From Octopus sinensis (taxonomy: Eukaryota), in contig NC_042999.1 in the NCBI RefSeq assembly GCF_006345805.1, forward strand, positions 29,140,001 to 29,204,000: a stretch of 64,000 nucleotides of DNA, in the 5' to 3' direction. The position numbers were made by a program, and so were the translations under genes. Within the stretch, counting starts at the first letter, position 1, and each line of letters starts with the position of its first letter. The notes below the pieces were generated by a model. That model was not told the DNA's origin, ran no database searches, and saw nothing but the letters and a program-made list of their open reading frames with translations. Of this stretch, positions 41,501-54,308 are shown one piece after another.

Positions 41501-41736
41501 ATATTTCTTTATTACCCACAAGGGGCAAAACACAGAGGGGACAAACAAGGACAGACAAATGGAATAAGTTTATTAGATTGACCCCAGTGCGTAACTGGTA
41601 CTTAATTTATCGACCTCGAAAGGATGAAAGGCAAAGTCGACCTCGGCGGAATTTGAACTCGGAACCTAGCGGCAGACGAAATACGGCTGCGCATTTCGCC
41701 CGGCGTGCTAACGTTTCTGCCAGCTCGCCGCCTTGG
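41501..41736 (-). mobile_element. SINE family C, full length, nested in an older degenerate family A copy (~41478-42120)
   Basis: 13-bp TSD CATGCAGTAATAC at 41488-41500 and 41737-41749; both flanks resemble decayed family A sequence. Confidence 0.88.
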
Positions 41737-42979
41737 CATGCAGTAATACCGTCTTCAAGGATTTAGTCGAAGAAATGACGGTGGTTCTTACTATATATTA
41801 AGCCTGGAACTTATTCTATCTATCTCTTCTATCTGAGCAGGGACATAAACAAACCGATAATTATTGTCATGTGTTGGTGGCGAGGTCAAACACAAACATA
41901 CAGAAGCATGTGTACACAAATGTATTCTTATACATTTGTTTATCGTGTGAACATACACGCACACATACATACATATACGATGGGCTTCTTTCTGTTTCCA
42001 TATTCCAAGTCGACTCAGAAGGCCTTGTTCAGTTCTGATGCATACTTAACCAAATTACCACACAGTGGTGTTGAAGCCAGAAACATGTGTTTGTGAAGCA
42101 AATTTCCTACCACACAGTCAGACCTGCGAACGTTTAAAATTTGTTTCAATAAGAGCAGCAGTGTCTATGATCCATGTCACGATGTTACTTACATGTAGCA
42201 GAGAAGGAAACATTTTGGCACACGCAAGTGCTCTGGCCAAAATACTCGTAATAGACTGTGCGCAACTAAAGACACGTAACACTTAAATTTGGTAATGGAG
42301 TAAGTCTATTACACTATCTTACAATTGTCTGCCTGCAGACATCCAGATAGGTTCCGTATACTAACTGACTCTCTGAAGGGTTTTTCCGAATTTAGGTTAT
42401 GGCGAGATCCGCTGCTTATTAAAACGAACCCAGTTTCATTTACTTGGGAACTGAAAATTTTAATAGCATAGCTATAGAATACATACAATAGAAAAGAATA
42501 CAGCTAAAGTAATATATGACATTGGGTTGTAATCTCATATACATGAAAAGCATTAGATTAATGAGCGTAATGGAGACGAACTGAACCTTGATCTCTGCAT
42601 TACGGACTGTTCCTGATTAATTAGACTATTCTTTTCTGTTTATACACATATTCTAATTATTGTAAACTATCTACTGTTTACCGTTCAATATAGTAACAGG
42701 AGAAATAGATGTGATGGCAGAGTAACTTGTAGAAGTATTTTCACAAACTTTACTTTTACGAACAGACTACTAGCCCTGAAATGTATGGTTATATTTTCTT
42801 TCAGGGGAAAAATGAGTAAGGGGTACAAACTATATGACTCCCCGTATTCTAGTACGTGAACTCTTGGTGTTGAGCACCACACTGCCACTATATCGCCTAC
42901 AGTACCTATTCCAAGAATCCTTGTATAAGTATCTAATTGATGGCTTACATTAGTTGAAATCAAAAATTGCGTTCCATTT

Positions 42980-43575
42980 CTACCATCTTTCTGCGACATG
43001 GTCATGTGTCAGACCACTCGTCTTGTTTATAAATTCCGTGTTAGGTATATATGAGGTTTTTGTTTTGAAGCCGCTTAATTTTAGAGCGTCGTTGTATACT
43101 GGTGAATATTGATAAAATATGTCTTCATTTGCCGAAAAGTTAGAGATTCTGATGGGAATAGCAGTAACGATGCTATCAATAGTAGAGTTAAGGTGTTTGG
43201 AGGAGACATTGATATGTGAGATGGATATGTTCGGCTTACGAAATGGGTAGTATAAACCCGTATCCAAATGCAAATTAACATCCAATAAGTCCACGACTCT
43301 GGAGGATTTCGTCAGTCTATTCAATGCTGTTTTAGACTGGCCATGTAGACAGAAGTGCAGCATCGCTAAATAACACCCCAGTAAGGAGGGGAAAACTATC
43401 CCGATTTGCAAAAGGAGGTATAGGTCCACTAAATCGCTCACCTGTGCTGAATCCGCTGATGCCATGATAATATCGGAGCAATTGGCGGAATCAGCCCTCC
43501 GCCAGTTACTTTCGTTGATGGAGGTAAGGGTCTCTCCCTTGCCGCTAAAATTACTTAAATATCCGAACAACGGAT
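42980..43575 (-). mobile_element. PLE reverse transcriptase C-terminal/thumb remnant (second PLE clade type)
   Basis: MASADSAQVSDLVDLYLL resembles MGSYDGAEVCxLVGLYLL; LLDVNLHLDTGLYYPFRKPN..HINVSSKH..IPIRIS..SANEDIF..YNDALKLSGF resembles the PLE thumb consensus. Confidence 0.8.
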
Positions 43576-43791
43576 AATCGGAAATTTCCGAGCGAAATTC
43601 AAAATATTATGTAGCAATATAGGAAATATGTAATTGTAATAATTCTAGATATCACATTGGATATTGTCTAAATTAGGCTTATCAGTAAGGGAGTGAAACC
43701 ATAAGAAAACATCCCCAATAAATTTCCATTGGGGAATCTGAACCGTATGTATGTATGTTTGTATGAATGTATATATATATATATATATATA

Positions 43792-45185
43792 TATAATTTC
43801 AACAATTGAGGGCAAAATTAATTAATTATTAATCAATTTCACCAAGTGTTCAGTATGCAAAGGGACCATTCAAGGCGAATTCAAATTATTACATTATATA
43901 AAAGGGCTTAGTAAAATAAATTACTTTGCCGCATACTGAACTCATTAGAAATAGCAGCTAAAAAACTTTTTTAAAACTATTTCTAATACTTAAGAAAATC
44001 TCTCTCATATATAGTGTTTGCTTAATTCAACTCACAAAAGTTTGGGGGTAAGGACATCGAAAAATCAAATGCTAAGGTTATTCGAGAACGTACGTTTCAA
44101 GATTAGTCAAAACAACATTTCTATCATCGGCTCAGAAATTCCTTGGTTTGGATTTGGAAACACTGAAAATAAGAACATACCCTTTCGAAGATCTGCTTCC
44201 AACTAACAGTGCCAACAAATTCAAATAAGCAAGCGAAGAATCTCTGTTCTCCCCTTTCCACCAGCGTGGGTTAAAATCATCAAACACTATGCTTATTTCG
44301 GTAAAATCCGAAGCATTAATCAGAGGGAGATTAATTATAATTTCAACAATTGAGGGCAAAATTAATTAATTATTAATCAATTTCACCAAGTGTTCAGTAT
44401 GCAAAGGGACCATTCAAGGCGAATTCAAATTATTACATTATATAAAAGGGCTTAGTAAAATAAATTACATTTTCGATGTCCTTACCCCCAAACTTTTGTG
44501 AGTTGAATTATGCAAACACTATATATGAGAGAGATTTTCTTTAAGTATTAGAAATAGTTTTAAAAAAGTTTTTTAGCTGCTATTTCTAATGAGTTCAGTA
44601 TGCGGCAAAGTAATTTATTTTACTAAGCCCTTTTATATAATGTAATAATTTGAATTCGCCTTGAATGGTCCCTTTGCATACTGAACACTTGGTGAAATTG
44701 ATTAATAATTAATTAATTTTGCCCTCAATTGTTGAAATTATAATTAATCTCCCTCTGATTAATGCTTCGGATTTTACCGAAATAAGCATAGTGTTTGATG
44801 ATTTTAACCCACGCTGGTGGAAAGGGGAGAACAGAGATTCTTCGCTTGCTTATTGAATTTGTTGGCACTGTTAGTTGGAAGCAGATCTTCGAAAGGGTAT
44901 GTTCTTATTTTCAGTGTTTCCAAATCCAAACCAAGGAATTTCTGAGCCGATGATAGAAATGTTGTTTTGACTAATCTTGAAACGTACGTTCTCGAATAAC
45001 CTTAGCATTTGATTTTTCGATGTCCTTACCCCCAAACTTTTGTGAGTTGAATTAAGCAAACACTATATATGAGAGAGATTTTCTTTAAGTATTAGAAATA
45101 GTTTTAAAAAAGTTTTTTAGCTGCTATTTCTAATGAGTTCAGTATGCGGCAAAGTAATTTATTTTACTAAGCCCTTTTATATAAT
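43792..45185. repeat. Tandem-plus-inverted array of a 544-bp unit
   Basis: 43792-44468 is ~1.25 units forward (period 544); 44470-45185 is ~1.3 units in reverse complement; both outer ends lie in TA-rich microsatellite. Confidence 0.92.
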
Positions 45186-45236
45186 ATATATATATATATG
45201 TATATATATATGAATGTTTGTATGAATGTATATATA

Positions 45237-45275
<39 letters not shown>

Positions 45276-46704
45276 GAATGTATGTATATATAAGCACATG
45301 CAACACACACACACACACAACACACATGCAAGCGCACACACATACACATATACATATACATATTACAAAAGAGAGAAATTGAATAAGTACTGGAGACGTT
45401 TCAATCGATTAAAATCTGTCAATATGCTGTCATAGCATTGCTGCAGTATAGAGAATAAAAAATCTGATAGAATAAAATATGTTACAAAACCAATTTTAGC
45501 AATTTTAACTGCGTTGTTTTTCTCTGGTGGTCAATTTATCACGTTTAAGTCATTATTTGGAACCTAAATTACCAAGAAATTTAGATGTGATATTTTACTT
45601 TAGACAATTTTATAATGGAAAGACTGCATCATATAACCAAAGTGAGTTGGTATCAAAAGGTTTAAACTGTGGAATAATTAAGTTCCGAATATTATGATAA
45701 TTCTGATCATTCAGAACTTACCTGGCGCTCAACAACAGAAAGGGTAATGTATAATGAGATATATTTAATCAGATATAAGATATAAAACATTTAAAATCTT
45801 TAATGGACCAAAATTGCATCAAAATGCGAGAAAGAAACTACAGCGTGTTTAGTTTTAAGTATATTTTGCGTATAGCATTCAGTCCGTCATAAACAATTTG
45901 TAATTTCCGAATATGTGTATATAACATATTTCTATCAGTTAAATATATATCTATCGTTACGTTGTGGATGAGAATAAAGGCACAATTTTCACGCAGTGTA
46001 CTTTTGAGACTGTAATAGAAAATGATCGGCATTTCAAAAATATCTATGAAATACACATTCATGTGTTTATTTTCTTCCAGTAGAAGTGTTATTTTTGTAT
46101 CAGTAGGTGATTACTAGTTACGTTTGTAGTTAGTTACTGTCTTTTATTTAGGATAAATGTAGCTGTTTGAGGAAAATCATATCATCTTTCATATTATGGA
46201 TCCTGTACTAAATAAACAGACTCTAAAACTTGTAATCCTAAAGAGGAGAGGAAATGATAATCAACCAAGCGTTTAGATTATATCATGCTGTTATGTAGAA
46301 GCTGTATGAAATAACCAGAAGCTTCCTACTTTAGTGAAGAGTGAAACGTAACAGATAATTCCAGCTTTAAGAGGCTTATACTGGTGAGGTAGACAACGAA
46401 GAAGTGTACGAGAAAACTCCATGTTGGATGTATGTATAAATATATGTGCATGTGTGTGTGCGCGCATATGTTTGTACGTCTACGTGTGCTAGCACGTGCG
46501 AAGCCACACAAATGCACAGATATAATTTTTCTCGGCTAAGAAGGATATTGTGCAACTGCTAACCAACTTGTTTTCTTCGAGTGTTAGTTTCCATGTTTAT
46601 TCATGCGGTTTTGAGATTCCCAATTATATTTTTGCCCTTGAATTATTTATTTTGTTCTTTTACAAATTTTATTATGCTAATATGACTCGCTCGTTTATAT
46701 ATAT

Positions 46705-46759
<55 letters not shown>

Positions 46760-46935
46760 TTATATATAGAGGGCATTATACATACATGACAGAGAGCATT
46801 ATACATACATGCCACACGCTAAGAGGGACAATTAGTCATTTCTACCAAAAAATATTACTAATCCCACCGAATGCAATTTTTCAAAATAAGACATTTAAAA
46901 AATATAGACCTGTATCACAGTGATTTCATACTTAC

Positions 46936-46951
46936 GTATTCTTCAGCAGGC
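46936..46951 (-). CDS. Candidate 16-nt microexon (unassigned)
   Basis: Acceptor tttatttatgatacattcag|, donor |gtaagtat; reads PAEEY and ends phase 0, compatible with 40568-40631. Confidence 0.2.
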
Positions 46952-47083
46952 CTGAATGTATCATAAATAAACAACCCTGCCCCGCTTAAGCCGATCAGCT
47001 GACTGATCAACATCAACGAAGCACATGGGTGAGTTTACATATATTACATCCTGTAAATGGCATACTTTTACAAATTTTTATTG

Positions 47084-47157
<74 letters not shown>

Positions 47158-47755
47158 TATATACATATATATATATATACATATATACATATATATCAAA
47201 GAGCGAGCACACACACACACACACACATGTACCTCCTTCTTTCTCTAATATCAGGAGAATCTATAAATGCGTACGATTTGTCCCTCTATGCCTAATGTTT
47301 CTCATCAAAACATTGGAAATATTCATATTGCTATCAGGCCATTTCAGCCACAACAATACTTTCTGCACTGCAATACACATTAACAGTATCATTTAATCAA
47401 TCAGTCCTGTAAATTTAGAAAGGTTGTGGATGAAACCAGTTTGATAATTTAGGGAATGCACATGCAATAAATGAATACTATAACTTATTTCAAAATAATA
47501 TAAGCCTCATTCGTTTCAGTTAATAAGACTAAGACGACGATGTGCCATTTAAATTACAGCTTCAAATTCTGACACATGACCAGAATAGTCGATTACATCG
47601 ACCATAATAATTCAGTAGTACCTATTTTATCAAACCGGAAAGAATAAAAGTCAAGTTGTCCCCGTCGTAATTCGGGCACAGAAACATATCTTTCTCATTA
47701 TTCTATAGGTTCTGGAAGCCCGTTATAATTTTATCTACAAGCATAATATTACGTT

Positions 47756-47993
47756 GATTCTTATTTCTTTATTGCCCACAACTGGCTAAACATAGAGGGG
47801 ACAAACAAGGACAGATAAAGGTATTAAGTCGGTAACATCGACCTCAGTGCGTAACTGGTACTTAATTTATCACCCCGAAAGGATGAAAGTCAAAGTCGAT
47901 CTCGGCGGAACTTGAACTCAGAACGTAGCGAGAGACGTAATATCGTTAGATAGTACGCCTGGCGTGCTAACATTTCTGCCAGCTCTCCACCTT
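47756..47993 (-). mobile_element. SINE family C, full length
   Basis: 16-bp TSD AGCATAATATTACGTT at 47740-47755 and 47994-48009. Confidence 0.9.
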
Positions 47994-48325
47994 AGCATAA
48001 TATTACGTTCATTCTGTCGCCTAAAAGAACTCCCGGAGATATATTTCCTAAGCACATTTTTTCTTGATGCCACTCCGGATATTCCCGATCAATTGGCTCA
48101 AAGAATACAAGCATTTCAATCGTGACAGTCTTAGATTCTTTTATATTGTATAAAATATAGTCACTATTAAATATTATCTTTCATCGTTATACATCACAGA
48201 TTCTTTCACCACATGAAGACACCGTCTTTTGCTCTTATATCGGTTTCATTATTTAGTAAAATTCTGATTTACGCACATCCATCCTCTCTTGAGTATATTT
48301 TACTGTGTAACTTGTACCGCGTAAC

Positions 48326-48432
<107 letters not shown>

Positions 48433-48549
48433 TTGTGTGTGTGTATGTGTAAACACACACTTACAAACAAGGACAGAGAAACATACACTACATATGCATG
48501 TATAAATATATGTATATATATTATATGATATATATATATATATATATAT

Positions 48550-48807
48550 ATCACAATCAAGGAACGGCCATAATAGGCCATTCACCCACTAGAAATAACA
48601 GCCAAAAGCTTCAACCGCAAAATAACATCAATTCCGTAAACCAGGAGAAAATTAAAAAAACATTTACCCTGTAATTTCTTATGTACAGGGTAAATGTTTT
48701 TTTAATTTTCTCCTGGTTTACGGAATTGATGTTATTTTGCGGTTGAAGCTTTTGGCTGTTATTTCTAGTGGGTGAATGGCCTATTATGGCCGTTCCCTGA
48801 TTGTGAT
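48550..48807. repeat. Near-perfect palindrome, 124-bp arms and 10-bp spacer
   Basis: 48550-48673 is the reverse complement of 48684-48807 with one mismatch seen; spacer ATTTCTTATG. Confidence 0.95.
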
Positions 48808-48923
48808 GTTGAACTTAAAAATGGTCTATGACTATTCAATTTTTTCCCACTAGGCCGCTGGTGGCAAAAAAATTCTACAAAATTTTTTGCCACCCTATAT
48901 TGATTAATATATATATATATATA

Positions 48924-48960
<37 letters not shown>

Positions 48961-48987
48961 ATATATATATATATATCTATATATATA

Positions 48988-49031
<44 letters not shown>

Positions 49032-49143
49032 CTATATATTATATATATATTATATATACATATATATGCATGTATGTATATACATAAGAATGCACACACA
49101 TAAACTTACAGAAAAGGGCAAAGACACATACAATACATACGCA

Positions 49144-49192
<49 letters not shown>

Positions 49193-49278
49193 TGTTTAGT
49201 ACTACCACTACACTGCTGCAATCAACTGTGTCAGCTTTAACATATGACACTAAACATTAGCATTTAATACTAACACAG

Positions 49279-49320
49279 GGACGTAGCGTAGAAATTACAC
49301 CTTACAAAAATTATCTAAGA
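49279..49320 (+). CDS. Candidate 42-nt phase-0 exon (unassigned)
   Basis: TACTAAC directly before acag| (unusually close for a branch point), donor AGA|gtaagt; GRSVEITPYKNYLR; the other frames contain stops. Confidence 0.18.
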
Positions 49321-49609
49321 GTAAGTTTGTGTCTATCCTCTCCCAATGTAATCCTATTCAAAACATACTATTCTGAGACATGAATTCCCCATGAAAATAG
49401 TGCAAGATTGAAACACTAGTCAGAGGCAAAACTGCTGCGACATAAGCCACGTCTTTCTAATTCAAATTTTTGAAAATCAGTGTAAACCGGTTGAATCTTT
49501 AAATTTAATAATAAAATATATTTTAAGTATTCTCAGTGCATTTTCAAAGCCTATGTTTCTTATATTTCTTCCCGTACAGCTCTTACTGCACTATGATTGG
49601 GCGTTGACG

Positions 49610-50740
49610 CACTCAACCCTCAAATGTGAACGTAATATACCCTGACGTTTCAAAAGCATATGCTAAAGTGGATCATGGTATGATATGCCATAGAGTGCGC
49701 GATCTGGGCGTGGCTGGAAAACTTGATATGCTCTCAACTACCCGGATAGTCACACCTGCTAGATATGCAGACGATACGAAAGTCTCGCAGAAAATAAAGA
49801 AGTTCAGCCATGTCGCACACTTGCAGCAGGAGTTGGTCTCAATTAACAGATGGGCCGAGGATAATAATGTGCAGTTTAATGGTGAATAATTTAATGCCCC
49901 GCGCTACCAGCATGTAAAACTGAATATAAAACTTACTGGGTACACTAGTCCACAGAGGATTACGATCGCACAGCCTAAATCAGTGAGAGACCTAAGTATC
50001 GACATGAGTAATGACACCTCTTTCCAAGTGCACATTACTAGGATGGCGCCAAGGTGCAGGCGATTGGCTGGTTACTGATAACGTTCAAAACCAGAGAGAA
50101 GGAAACCATGATGGTCCTCTGGATGACATTTTTCCATATCCGCCTAGATTACTGCTTTCAACTACATAAAATTAACAGCAGAACTTGAAGCAATCCCGTG
50201 ATGCTTCACAAAGAAGATCGTCGCATTGCAACAGCTCTGCTACTAAGAACGGCTGAAACCGCTAAGACTCTACTTCCTGAAGCGAAGGCGGATAGGTAAG
50301 CAGCAATATACATCTCAAAGATCCTCGAAAGAAATTCTGCCAAATTTTGGCACAGAAATTTAAACCAATGCCAGAATGGATCGACACTGCACAGTACCAA
50401 ACATCCCAGCAATGTCATCGAGCTTCAGGACAAATTACTGCAACAGCTTGGGTTTTAGGGGCCAACATTTTGTTTTAATATTCTCCCAAAGAGCCTGACG
50501 GACCTACACAAAGAGGATGAATGTATTTCCAAATGAAAACTGGACCTTTTCCTGTCGTGAGTCCCAGATGAACCTATCTCACGGCAAGAGGTGCAAATGA
50601 GTGTAGCGATTATCAATTTCCATTCTTCACCAAATGCTACATATTAGAGGAAGCTCTCAGAGATAACAATGTAAACACAGTAGCGAAAGGGCGGTATATC
50701 AGCTGGTCACTGCTCTGAGCTGAAACTAAAGAAAAATATC
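49610..50740 (+). mobile_element. Decayed CR1/L2-type LINE, 3' RT region and tail
   Basis: VIYPDVSKAYAKVDHG, YADDTK, RWAEDNNVQFN, VRDLSIDMS, TFKTRE..M..LW..RLDYCFQL with stops and deletions. Confidence 0.85.
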
Positions 50741-51159
50741 TAGGTATATAATATATATACATACATTATCACACCGACATGCACGAATACATCTTTCAGA
50801 GTACAAAGATACACATGTACAGAAACATACAGTGATCACATCACTACTGCCTCCATTGAGAACATATAAGCACGCTATACAGAGACACAGCAACATACGC
50901 ACTCACCTCTCACCAATGTAATGCTCAAATCATCCCCACATAAACACACTCGTGCCATCACACACACACAAGTGTATAAAATCACGCCAAGAGGACTACT
51001 CAGACACACATGCAGGCACAGAACAATAAACAGCACCCGTGAAAAAACGTACACAGCTGTCTATGTACGCATAGCAATTTTTTGGATGATGGTCTCTGTT
51101 GAATGTGGGTTATGGCAGTTCGGTGCTGTTTACAGGGTGGTAATGTATGAAGGTAGCCT

Positions 51160-51480
51160 TCAGGGCCTGTAAACACGCGTAATACATTGATTTAATTTGC
51201 TAATGATCTTTTTCCTAATAAGCGAGATTGATAAGGAATAAACAAAACAGAATTCACATGTCTTAGAATTAGTGTAGTAGGATTTTGTATATTTTATGAT
51301 TGACCATGAAATCTCAAATTTTATCCCGTCGGGTTTCAATTGCCATAGACAATCCGCTAGTGATATCACGTGTCTCCTTGTTCGCTTTTCTAAAATTAGA
51401 GATATTATTATCCTACGTGAGGAGTCTTCTATGTACCGTCAGTTGCATCTGGTGTTATTGTATCGTTCCACGCCTACAAA
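51160..51480 (-). mobile_element. PLE GIY-YIG endonuclease C-terminal remnant (probably the same clade type as 43 kb)
   Basis: LADCLWQLKPDGIKFEISWSIIKYTKSY..SKTCEFC resembles LSxYIWxLK..IxWSI..Y...CxLC. Confidence 0.65.
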
Positions 51481-51574
51481 GGAGCAGTGCATCTCGAAGA
51501 TGAAACAATTTTTGAGGTAATATAAATATTTTTCTTGGCACATTCAGTCGTTTCCTTTTTTATCTGTGATATAT

Positions 51575-51643
<69 letters not shown>

Positions 51644-51645
<2 letters not shown>

Positions 51646-51925
51646 AGGTGCAATGGCCTAGTGGTTAGGGCAGCGGACTCGCGGTCGCAGGATCGCAGTT
51701 TCGATTTCCAGACCGGGCATTTTGTGTGTTTATTGAGCGAAAACACCTAAAAGCTCCACGAGGCTCCGGCAGGGGGTGGTGATCCCCGCTGTACTCTTTC
51801 ACCACTCTTTCTCTGCTCGCTTAGCCAGCGGGGTGGCGTCATTTGAAGGCTAAAACAATGCGAACGCATTGTGCCCAGCGACGTGTAACAACATCTGATG
51901 GTCTGGTCGGTCACGTGATCACGTT
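51644..51925 (+). mobile_element. tRNA(Arg-like)-derived SINE, family B2
   Basis: First ~120 bp match B1 at 8918 (TGGCCTAGTGGTTAG.GCAGCGGACTCGCGGTCG..AAAACACCTAA..GCTCCACG); 3' half unrelated. Confidence 0.85.
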
Positions 51926-52284
51926 ATATATATATATATATATATATATGTATTATGTATATGTATGTGCCTCTCTGCGTGAGTGTGTGTATATGTATGT
52001 GTGTGTGCTTGCATTTGTCTATGCGAATTGTTTCGTACAAACGCAGCCCACTATGGGGTTACCTGCCGTTGCCCTAGCGCGACATTCTAGGTATGGCATC
52101 TGAAGTGAAGGACGAATCTCTAGAGCTCGTCTGCTATTCGTTTTCAGTTGAAGTCTGCAAAATGTTGAAATCATCTTGTAGGAACACCAATCTTAAAGGA
52201 AGAGAACTTGCGATTACACTTTTATGAGCGTGATTCCAACGCTTTCAAGTGATCATATACCTAATTAAGTCTAGGCGTTCTACA

Positions 52285-52697
52285 TACTCTTTTACTCTTT
52301 TATTTGTTTCAGTCATTTGACTGCGGCCATGCTGGAGCACCGCCTTTAATCGAGCAACTCGACCCCCGGGACTTATTCTTTTGTAAGCCCAGTACTTATT
52401 CTATCGGTCTCTTTTGCCGAACCGCTAAGTTACGGGGACATAAACACACCAGCTTCGGCTGTCAAGCAATGCTACGGGGACAAACACAGACACACAAACA
52501 CACACACGCATACATATATATATACATATATAAGACGGGCTTCTTTCAGTTTCCGTCTACCAAATCCACTCACAAGGCTTTGGTCGGCCCGAGGCTATAG
52601 TAGAAAACACTTGCCCAAGGTGCCACACAGTGGGACTGAACCCGGAACCATGTGGTTGGTAAGCAAGCTACTTACCACACAGCCACGCCTGCGCCTA
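52285..52697 (-). mobile_element. SINE family A, full length
   Basis: High identity to the other family A copies. Confidence 0.92.
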
Positions 52698-53865
52698 TAT
52701 AGTATTAATTTTTTGTGGAATTCAATATTTGTGCAGCAGTCTCTCAATATATGCCTCCATATTTAAAGTACATTCTAACCGTACTGATTAACTTCTAACC
52801 GTACTTAATAATATCATTTCTAATTCACTTGACGTCATTCTTAACAGAGCCAATGGCATGGTACAAAAATGTTTTGGATACAGGATAGATAGGAGATAGA
52901 ATAGAAATACCTATGGATTTCCCATTTTTGTTCCTAGAGAATCAGTATCAGATGAGATGAAACGTTAGGTAGAACGGTTTTTGTACGGAGAATACAACGT
53001 AACGTCACTAAATGTCATCCCACCTGCGACTCTCACGTGTCTCATACCTTTAATTACTAACTAAGCCATAAATTAGTATCACCTACTGCATGCGTACAGT
53101 CGATTTTATCGAGTGAAGTATTAGGCTCTTATTATATTTTATTGATCTGGAAGGAATTAAATCAGACTCAATCTCACTGGGATTTGAAATCAAAATGAAA
53201 ATGGATGTGCAAAATCAATAGTCACCATCTTTTTTTCACATTTGTATAACACGAGTCAAATAATATTAAGACGAGATAATAAATGTTTATTCTATTATTC
53301 AGCAGATATTTCGAACAGAAAGGCCTTAACGGAATGATAATAACGGTTAAGCAAATTAAGCACAAATAAATTTCTATGATGGTAGATAACTTGTCAATCT
53401 ATTATTCACACCATATTCGACGTTAATTATCATTGACAACTGTCAATCTCTAACAGCGGTATTTCTGTTTTCTGCCATAATTAGTGAAAAGTAATTTGGT
53501 TGGCAAAGGCTTTCAACAGGATAATTATTCATGTATTCACTTTTCTTCTGACAGCTAGCATGACAAGGGAGTGTATCTAACTAGATGTCGAACATATATG
53601 AATACATGCTTCGATACTTCAGCGGCGGGTTTGCAGGTTTGACATCGATTATTTCACGCTATACTGATGTGTATACTAATATAAGCACTTTTATATGTTG
53701 AGAAATATGTCACATATAATCAGCATTCTCTCCGCACGCAAACACTTGTAATTATGTAATTTATAATGCAATATATTAGAGGCGTTTCGTTGACCAAGTC
53801 TACTGGACCAGATTAATAGTTCTTTCAGGTATAGGCAGAAGGTCTGAACTATTATCAGGAAATTA

Positions 53866-54308
53866 GGATCTTTTCGGTTTGAACGGCAGTTTTTAACATA
53901 ATTTCTAGGTAACTAACAAATGTTTAACTTCGTATACTGGTAGAATGTGTTTATAAAACAATTTTTTCTCTTGGCTTTATTGAGAAAATTCTATAGTTTG
54001 TAAGATATTTGTTGTTTTTTTTTCTTCAATTCCTGCAATTTAGACCAATCTGTGACGTCTATCGAGGCAAAAAAAATACATTTGCGCCGTATGAATATGT
54101 CCCTCGTTTAAGAAACAGATGGGGTTTATTTAAATTTGTGAAGAAGACAAAATACCCTTCCCCCACCCCTAACCCTAACTCTAAACCTAACTAACCCTAA
54201 CTCTAAAACAGATTGAAATGCAACAGATCGATACTAGGGTCATAATTATGGGTGATATTTTCATATGACACGGCTAGAAAAAAACTGCCGTTCAAATAGA
54301 AAACATCC
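53866..54308. mobile_element. Non-autonomous TIR DNA transposon (MITE) with 8-bp TSD
   Basis: 29-bp TIRs GGAT(C/G)TTTTC..TTTGAACGGCAGTTTTT (3 mismatches); TSD GGAAATTA at 53858-53865 and 54309-54316; internal CCCTAA-like repeats at 54167-54206. Confidence 0.88.

Noticed and set aside
42980-43570. 196-aa ORF as a host gene
   Set aside because: Motifs match a decayed PLE reverse transcriptase lacking an intact catalytic DD.
48770-48797. GGCC-TATTAT-GGCC stem as hammerhead stem II
   Set aside because: Flanks lack CUGANGA and GAAA on both strands.
54167-54206. Interstitial telomere or chromosome-fusion scar
   Set aside because: Short, degenerate and inside a TIR/TSD-bounded MITE.
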